From Spirochaetia bacterium (GTDB taxonomy: Bacteria; Spirochaetota; Spirochaetia; SZUA-6; Bin103): DNA of 64,000 nt. The notes under the pieces are model-generated. The model had not been told where the DNA came from, made no database searches, and saw only the letters and a list, made by a program, of their open reading frames with translations. The DNA lies in contig CBDBDQ010000005.1 in NCBI GenBank assembly GCA_965203905.1, positions 3,136,001 through 3,200,000 on the forward strand. The letters are read 5' to 3'. Each line of letters opens with the position of its first letter. Position 1 is the first letter of the stretch. This document shows positions 58,684-64,000 of this stretch, piece by piece. Both the position numbers and the translations under genes were made by a program.

Positions 58684-60102
58684 CTATTCTTCTTCGATCA
58701 CCAGGTTGGTGACCCAGCACTGTGCCGGGTGCCCCAGGTTGTTGGTCTTCAGCAGCAGCTCGTTGCGGCCCTTGCGCAGCGTCACCGGGACGCGCGCGGT
58801 CTCGAAGCCTTGGTCGTGGCGCAGCGCTGCGATTCGCTCGCCGTTGACCCAGAGGATCAGCCAGTCGTCGAAGGAGATGCGCAGCGTCGCCGCTCCCCCG
58901 CGCGCGCTGTCGACGTAGCCGCCGGCGTACATGGCGCGGTCCGCGAAGTGGCTCGCGGTGAGCTCGGGATCGATCCCCGAGAAGCGGAAGTCGATCCAGC
59001 CGCGGTTGGCCGGCAGTGACCTGATGAAGTGGCGGCGCCCGGCGAAGTGCCGCTGCCATTGATCCAGCGGAATGCGTTCCACCTCCTGCGCGGCGTTGAA
59101 GGCCTCCCAGTCGTCGCCGCGGTCGTAGCAGCCGGTGACCAGCCACCGGTCGGGGGTGCGCACCGCCGGCGCCCCGGTACCGGGCCGGTGGTAGTAGTAG
59201 GCGACGGTCTCCACGTCGTCCGCGCGCGAGCCGCAGCGGAACGAGAGCGACGAGTCGAAGGCGATGGGATCGGGCCCGAAGAAGCGGTAGATGACGCCAT
59301 CCTGGTCGGTGCGCCCGCCCCACTTGTGGTAGGGGGAGCCGATCCAGCGCGACTGGTTGAGGTGGAATCCCCAGGAGAACCCGAAGTCGTCCTCCATGTT
59401 GATGCCGCGGATCACGTTGGGCGCGGTCTCGCCGTCGAGCAGGATCGACATGCCGCCGGTGTGGTAGATCATGTCGCTCGGATCGCGCTGCTTGACGCCG
59501 AGCACGATCCCGGCCAGGAAGCCGCTGCCCGACACCTCGGCCATGCGGTAGGAGCAGTTGCGCGGCGGCGCCGGGGTGTAGCGATGGTGCTCGGCGCCGA
59601 GGCGGAACGGCGTCAGCGGCGCGTCGCGATCGTACTGGTGCCAGTCCACCATGGTGGAGACGGCTTTCTCGGGGGCATCAGGGAGGATGTGGAGCCGGAT
59701 GCGGCAGGAATGGCTGAAGGGGATCGGCAGAAACAGGTTGTAGCCGGGGCTGCCCGGCATCTTGGGCGTGTGGTAGTTGGGCAGCACGGTGTAAGCGGCG
59801 TTGGCCACCGGGTAGGGCGTGAGGTCGTGCATGATGCCGAAGAACGGCTTCTGCGGCAGGTCGACCTGCGGCGCGGCGGCGCCGTCCACCGTGATCTCCA
59901 GCCGGCGCCCGGCGCCGAACAGGAGCCAGATGTGGCGCACGCAGCCGGCGCCCTCGACATCCAGGATGGCGACCGAGTGCCCATCCGCATCGGGGTCCCG
60001 GTGCAGGTTCGTGACCTGGCGCCGGGAGCGGAACTTCATTGGCAGTTGGATCATCGGCACCGCCGGGTCGGAGAACGTGTTGGCGGTCAGATACTCGGAC
60101 AT
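58684..60102 (-). CDS. DUF2961 (GH172-like) protein with C-terminal beta-sandwich domain
   Basis: GAGCVRHIW, NLFLPIPF, GINMEDDFGFSWGF, IYRFFGPDPIAF; C-terminal DDWLILWVNG...LRKGRNELLLK. Confidence 0.8.
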   Translation of the reverse strand: MSEYLTANTFSDPAVPMIQLPMKFRSRRQVTNLHRDPDADGHSVAILDVEGAGCVRHIWLLFGAGRRLEITVDGAAAPQVDLPQKPFFGIMHDLTPYPVANAAYTVLPNYHTPKMPGSPGYNLFLPIPFSHSCRIRLHILPDAPEKAVSTMVDWHQYDRDAPLTPFRLGAEHHRYTPAPPRNCSYRMAEVSGSGFLAGIVLGVKQRDPSDMIYHTGGMSILLDGETAPNVIRGINMEDDFGFSWGFHLNQSRWIGSPYHKWGGRTDQDGVIYRFFGPDPIAFDSSLSFRCGSRADDVETVAYYYHRPGTGAPAVRTPDRWLVTGCYDRGDDWEAFNAAQEVERIPLDQWQRHFAGRRHFIRSLPANRGWIDFRFSGIDPELTASHFADRAMYAGGYVDSARGGAATLRISFDDWLILWVNGERIAALRHDQGFETARVPVTLRKGRNELLLKTNNLGHPAQCWVTNLVIEEE

Positions 60103-60106
60103 CGAT

Positions 60107-61561
60107 TCATCGCTCCTGTTGGTCGAGACACCACTCGAAGAGGCCCGGTCCGGTGTTGCCGAGCATGCCGGTGATGAGCCCCCGCATCCGGTCGATGTGA
60201 AGCCCCGAGCCCGGCGCTTCCACCAGGTTGTTCATCTCCGAGGGATCTTCATCCAGGCGGTACAGCTCGTCGCCGTCGAAGCGGTTCCACACGTACTTCC
60301 AGTCGCCGTCGCGCACCATGACGTGGGCCGCGAACTGTTGGGGGTCGTGCTGGCGCAGGTACAGCGCTTCTCCGCTGGCGATCTCCGCGAACACCGGTGC
60401 CGGTCGCGGCTCACGGCCGGCGGTGATCTCCGCCGCCAACGACCTGCCGTCCATGGCCGCCGGCACCGGTACGCCGACAAGCTCCAGCAGGGTGGGGACC
60501 AGGTCGACGCCGCCCAACGGAGCCGCCACGCGCTGCCGCTCCGGAATCGCGACCGGCCAGGAGACCAGACACGGCACCCGCACCGACTCCTCGTACATCA
60601 GGCACTTCTCGACGAAGCCGTGGTTGCCGAGCATCTCGCCGTGGTCGCTGTTGACCACGAAGATGGTTTCGTCGAAAGTGCCCTGGCGTTCCAGGCACTC
60701 CACCAGCCGTCCGATCTCGCGATCGACGTGGGTCACCAGGGCGTAGTAGTAGCGGATCACCGTACGGAAGTCCTCGACGGTGATCGAGCCGGGAGGCACC
60801 CGGCAGCGGCGCTGGTGCTGAAAGGCCGGCTTGCCCTCCAGCGGGTCGTGGAAGTTGGCGGGGAAGGGAAGCCGTTCGAGCGGGTAGTCGGCCAGCAGCT
60901 CCTGCGGCGGGATCAGGGGCGGATGCGGATCCTTGAGCCCGACCAGCAGCAGGAACGGCCGCTCGTGCTCCTGCTGCAGAAACTCCAGGGCGCGGTCGAC
61001 GGTCCAGGTGCTGCGTTGCTGGCGCGGGTCGGTGAGCACGCCCAGCGGCATCTCCTCGCCGTAGCGGAACACCCCCTCGGCGTCGCGCGCGTAGGGGTTG
61101 GAGAGGCCAAGATCGTCCAGGTAGTCGAAGAAGGGACCGGGGAAGCTCTTGTCGTAGACGTAGCTGAAGCAGGCCCAGAAGTCGCTGAAGCCATGCTGCG
61201 GCCTCTCGTCGGTGCCGAGGTGCCACACGCCGGCGTTGCCGCAGGCGTACCCATGTGCCTTGAGAAAATCGCCGATGGTGGGCACGTCGGCGGCCAGGAA
61301 GCGCTCAGGATCCGCCTCGCCGGTGCAGTTGATGAACTGCCGGTGGGCGTGCGGATAGAGGCCGGTGAGCCAGCTCGCGCGGGCGGGCGAGCACACCGGA
61401 GAGGCGCAGTAGGCGTGCTCGAACCACGCCCCGCGCGCCGCCAAGCGGTCGATGTTGGGCGTGTGGATGAGCGGGTTGCCCGCGTACCCCACCGCGTCCC
61501 AGCGCAACTGGTCGCAGTTCACCCAGACGATGTCGGGCCGTGTGGCGCGGGGCGCGGCCAC
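60107..61561 (-). CDS. Sulfatase (formylglycine-dependent)
   Basis: DQLRWD, TPNIDRLA, CSPARASWLTG (CxPxR), SDHGEMLG. Confidence 0.92.
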   Translation of the reverse strand: MAAPRATRPDIVWVNCDQLRWDAVGYAGNPLIHTPNIDRLAARGAWFEHAYCASPVCSPARASWLTGLYPHAHRQFINCTGEADPERFLAADVPTIGDFLKAHGYACGNAGVWHLGTDERPQHGFSDFWACFSYVYDKSFPGPFFDYLDDLGLSNPYARDAEGVFRYGEEMPLGVLTDPRQQRSTWTVDRALEFLQQEHERPFLLLVGLKDPHPPLIPPQELLADYPLERLPFPANFHDPLEGKPAFQHQRRCRVPPGSITVEDFRTVIRYYYALVTHVDREIGRLVECLERQGTFDETIFVVNSDHGEMLGNHGFVEKCLMYEESVRVPCLVSWPVAIPERQRVAAPLGGVDLVPTLLELVGVPVPAAMDGRSLAAEITAGREPRPAPVFAEIASGEALYLRQHDPQQFAAHVMVRDGDWKYVWNRFDGDELYRLDEDPSEMNNLVEAPGSGLHIDRMRGLITGMLGNTGPGLFEWCLDQQER

Positions 61562-61572
61562 GCGCGCTCCCC

Positions 61573-61899
61573 TCAGGCGCCGGTCGCCATCGGCAACCCG
61601 GCGTCCTCCCAGTCCTTCTTGCCGGCGCCGTACTCCAGCACCTGCTGAAAGCCGAACGCCTCCAGTTTCCTGGCCGCGAGGTCGCTGGACGGACACTCCT
61701 CGTCGGAGCAGTACACGATGAGCCGCTGCCCGGCCTGGTAGCGCGCGCGGCACTCGCTGCCGATGCGCTCCAGGGGAATGTTCACGGCACCTTTAATATG
61801 CAGGCGCTCAAACTCTTCTTCGGGCAGCACCTCGATCAGAACCGCCTCTTCCTCGGCCAGCAGGCGCTGGACGGCCTCCCGGTCAATCACCGTAGCCAT
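61573..61899 (-). CDS. Rhodanese-like domain protein
   Basis: HIKGAVNIP, VYCSDEEC, GKKDW. Confidence 0.88.
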   Translation of the reverse strand: MATVIDREAVQRLLAEEEAVLIEVLPEEEFERLHIKGAVNIPLERIGSECRARYQAGQRLIVYCSDEECPSSDLAARKLEAFGFQQVLEYGAGKKDWEDAGLPMATGA

Positions 61900-61932
61900 A
61901 TCCCGTCCAGTATCGCACACACTTTCTGAAAA

Positions 61933-61997
61933 GAAAATGTTCGGTAACATTATTTTCGGATGGACGCGACAAAATTGGTTCGGTAACTTTAGTTTTC
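61933..61997. promoter_or_regulatory. Two palindromic operator-like boxes upstream of fic
   Basis: GTTCGGTAAC at 61939-61948 and 61978-61987, each flanked by AAAAT...TTTTC. Confidence 0.65.
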
Positions 61998-61998
61998 T

Positions 61999-63024
61999 GT
62001 GAACGAACAAAATCCGGTCGGACGCGGCAGACCCCGCCGTGAGGACGTGTACCGGCGGGTCCAGACCCAGATCGGAGAGCTGCGGGAGCGCATGGGCGGA
62101 CTGCCGACCCCGGCGGAGGCCGACGGGATCTGGCGCGGCATCTGGTACGAGGAAGTTCATCACTCCACGGCCATCGAAGGCAATACACTGGTCCTGAAAC
62201 AGGTCGAGCGGCTTCTCGACGAGGGCAGGGCGGTCGGCAACAAGGAGTTGCGCGAGTACCTGGAGGTGCGCGGATACGCCGATGCCGCGGACTGGGTGTA
62301 CCGGCAGGCGATCAGTCGTAGCGGGCTCTCACATCCCGGGGAGATCCTGACACTGGCCGAGATCCGTCACGTCCACCACCAGGCAATGCAGCCCGTATGG
62401 CAAGTGGCTCCACATCCGGATGCGACACCGCGCGAAGCACCCGGCAGCTTCCGGGAACATGACATCCATCCCTTCTCCGGCGGCATGGTTCCGGTGTCAT
62501 GGCCACTCGTATCGGCAGAGATGAGCACTTGGGTCGCCAGCGCCAACTCCCTGGATTTGGCCCATCCGGTGTTCCCCGAGGCGCTGGCCGAGATCCACTG
62601 CCGATTCGAACAGATTCATCCCTTTCTCGATGGCAACGGACGAGCCGGAAGACTGATCCTCAACCTCATTCTCGTTCGGCTGGGCTGTCCGCCCGCCATC
62701 ATTTACAAGCGAGACCGGACGCGGTATCTGCGTGCGCTGCAGCGAGCGGATGCCGGCGATCCCAGCTTGCTCGGGGAGATTCTCGCGCGCGCGATTCTCG
62801 CCAGCCTGCACCGGTTCGTGATTCCTGCCGTAGCTGGTCCGGCCCGGCTGGTCCCCCTGGCCGCACTGGAGACTCCTGACCTGAAGGGACCGGCACTGCG
62901 GGCCGCGGCTGCGCGCGGCCGTCTCCGCGCAACTCGTGGTTCCGACGGCCAATGGCGCAGTACGCGCCTGTGGGTGGACCAATACCGGGCGAGCCGCTAC
63001 CGGCGTGGCGGTGTCGCCGAATGA
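61999..63024 (+). CDS. Fic family protein (class II-like) with C-terminal DNA-binding-like domain
   Basis: HPFLDGNGRAGR active site; STAIEGN inhibitory motif. Confidence 0.92.
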   Translation: MNEQNPVGRGRPRREDVYRRVQTQIGELRERMGGLPTPAEADGIWRGIWYEEVHHSTAIEGNTLVLKQVERLLDEGRAVGNKELREYLEVRGYADAADWVYRQAISRSGLSHPGEILTLAEIRHVHHQAMQPVWQVAPHPDATPREAPGSFREHDIHPFSGGMVPVSWPLVSAEMSTWVASANSLDLAHPVFPEALAEIHCRFEQIHPFLDGNGRAGRLILNLILVRLGCPPAIIYKRDRTRYLRALQRADAGDPSLLGEILARAILASLHRFVIPAVAGPARLVPLAALETPDLKGPALRAAAARGRLRATRGSDGQWRSTRLWVDQYRASRYRRGGVAE

Positions 63025-63072
63025 CGACGTAGAGAGGAAGCGAGCAGGCCGTTCCGGTGACGCGAGGACGCC

Positions 63073-63711
63073 CTATGGCCCGGCCGGGGCGTCGAAGATT
63101 GCACTCACTTCGGCGGCGAATCCGGTGAGCAGCACGGAAGTCGCCGTGTCACCGTGCCGGTACACGCCGTGCTCGACGTAGGCGGCGCCGCGCAGCGACA
63201 GCACGCGAACCGTCTCGTCGCGCGGGTCGGCGATCCAGTACTCGGGGATGCCGGCCTCCGCGTAGTCGGCGCGTTTCTCCACCAGGTCGCGGTCGGGGTT
63301 GTCCGGGCTCACCACCTCGACCACCAGGTCGGCGCCCTCCCAGAAGCGGTCCTGACAGCGGCGGTCGGTACGGTCGCGCAGCAGCAACAGGTCGGGCTCG
63401 CGGAACTTGCCGGGGCGTACGCGCAGGCGCAGCGCGGCGAATATCACCACGCCCCCCCGCGGCTTGAGGTAGGCGCGGAACAGGTCATAGAGAAACGCGA
63501 GCACCGATTGGTGCGTGAAGGTGGGCATCGGCAGTTCCTCTACGTAGCCGTCGGTGAACTCGATCAGGCGATTGCTGCTATCGGTGAGCCACAGGTAGGA
63601 ATCGTCGCTCCAAGCGCCCTGTGGCGGCAACAGGTCGCACAGCAGCGCGTTCAGTGCCTCCTGGGAGGTCGCCGCCGACGGCGCAGGTGCGGATCGGGTG
63701 GTCACGCTCAT
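63073..63711 (-). CDS. Uma2 family endonuclease
   Basis: EFTDG, PTFTHQ, REPDL, DLVVEVVSP, KRADYAEAGIPEYWIAD. Confidence 0.92.
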   Translation of the reverse strand: MSVTTRSAPAPSAATSQEALNALLCDLLPPQGAWSDDSYLWLTDSSNRLIEFTDGYVEELPMPTFTHQSVLAFLYDLFRAYLKPRGGVVIFAALRLRVRPGKFREPDLLLLRDRTDRRCQDRFWEGADLVVEVVSPDNPDRDLVEKRADYAEAGIPEYWIADPRDETVRVLSLRGAAYVEHGVYRHGDTATSVLLTGFAAEVSAIFDAPAGP

Positions 63712-63894
63712 GTCTGGTCCTCGACTGAGTCAAGCGTGCCGCGATCGCGCCGGTCGGTCAACCGGCGGGCCAGAAACACGACGCGACACAAGAGTGCGGC
63801 CGCGGAACAGCGCAGTCCACTCATTGGGCGCATGCATGCGGGGACAGCGCGTCCCGATACCCGCTACGGGTGGCTGCACCGGCCGGCGGCAGGG

Positions 63895-64000
63895 TCAGGA
63901 CGCGGACTCGTGCACGCGGCGGACGGCCGCGACCATCAGCAGCGACACCGCGGCCAGGCCGAGCAGCCCGGGGGCCAGGCCGCCGGCCAGGTCGCGCACC
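63895..64000 (-). CDS. C-terminus of a membrane protein, probably MFS (truncated by the window)
   Basis: VRDLAGGLAPGLLGLAAVSLLMVAAVRRVHESAS*. Confidence 0.5.
   Translation of the reverse strand, partial: VRDLAGGLAPGLLGLAAVSLLMVAAVRRVHESAS

Noticed and set aside
63800-63895. Small hairpins (GGGAC..GTCCC, ACCCG..CGGGT) as a possible ncRNA
   Set aside because: 5-bp stems are expected by chance at this GC content; no tRNA or riboswitch signature

Overview
High-GC (roughly high-60s %, estimated by eye) bacterial chromosomal segment. The solute-binding-protein signal peptides, uxaE and an MFS-HEAT fusion suggest a Spirochaetota-like heterotroph, possibly a host- or sponge-associated MAG; this is inference only. 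The backbone is carbohydrate and organic-acid catabolism: three ABC uptake systems, two GHL10-like glycoside hydrolases, four Gfo/Idh/MocA oxidoreductases, uxaE, an enolase-superfamily enzyme, a sulfatase and DUF2961. It also carries trpD, fabF, an ECF sigma/anti-sigma pair, TlpA/CcdA, an NfeD-double flotillin operon and a MoxR cluster. Small defence/toxin-antitoxin islets are scattered through it: AAA-PD-(D/E)XK, PIN-TA, ParE-TA, an Rpn remnant, an orphan NTPase, RloA/RloB, a repeat-variable coiled-coil nuclease-like protein, Fic and Uma2. Best candidate for a new system: a lower-GC, promoter-bearing, translationally coupled pair at 14048-16110 (an uncharacterised toxin-like small protein plus an Xre-HTH/ImmA-IrrE metallopeptidase). 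Two further patterns stand out. First, 4.8-9.3 kb is a mosaic of reciprocally decayed duplications. Second, three TA-like pairs have lost the middle of the toxin gene while the partner remains. No rRNA, tRNA, CRISPR array or intact transposase was seen. All family assignments come from motif recognition, not database searches.
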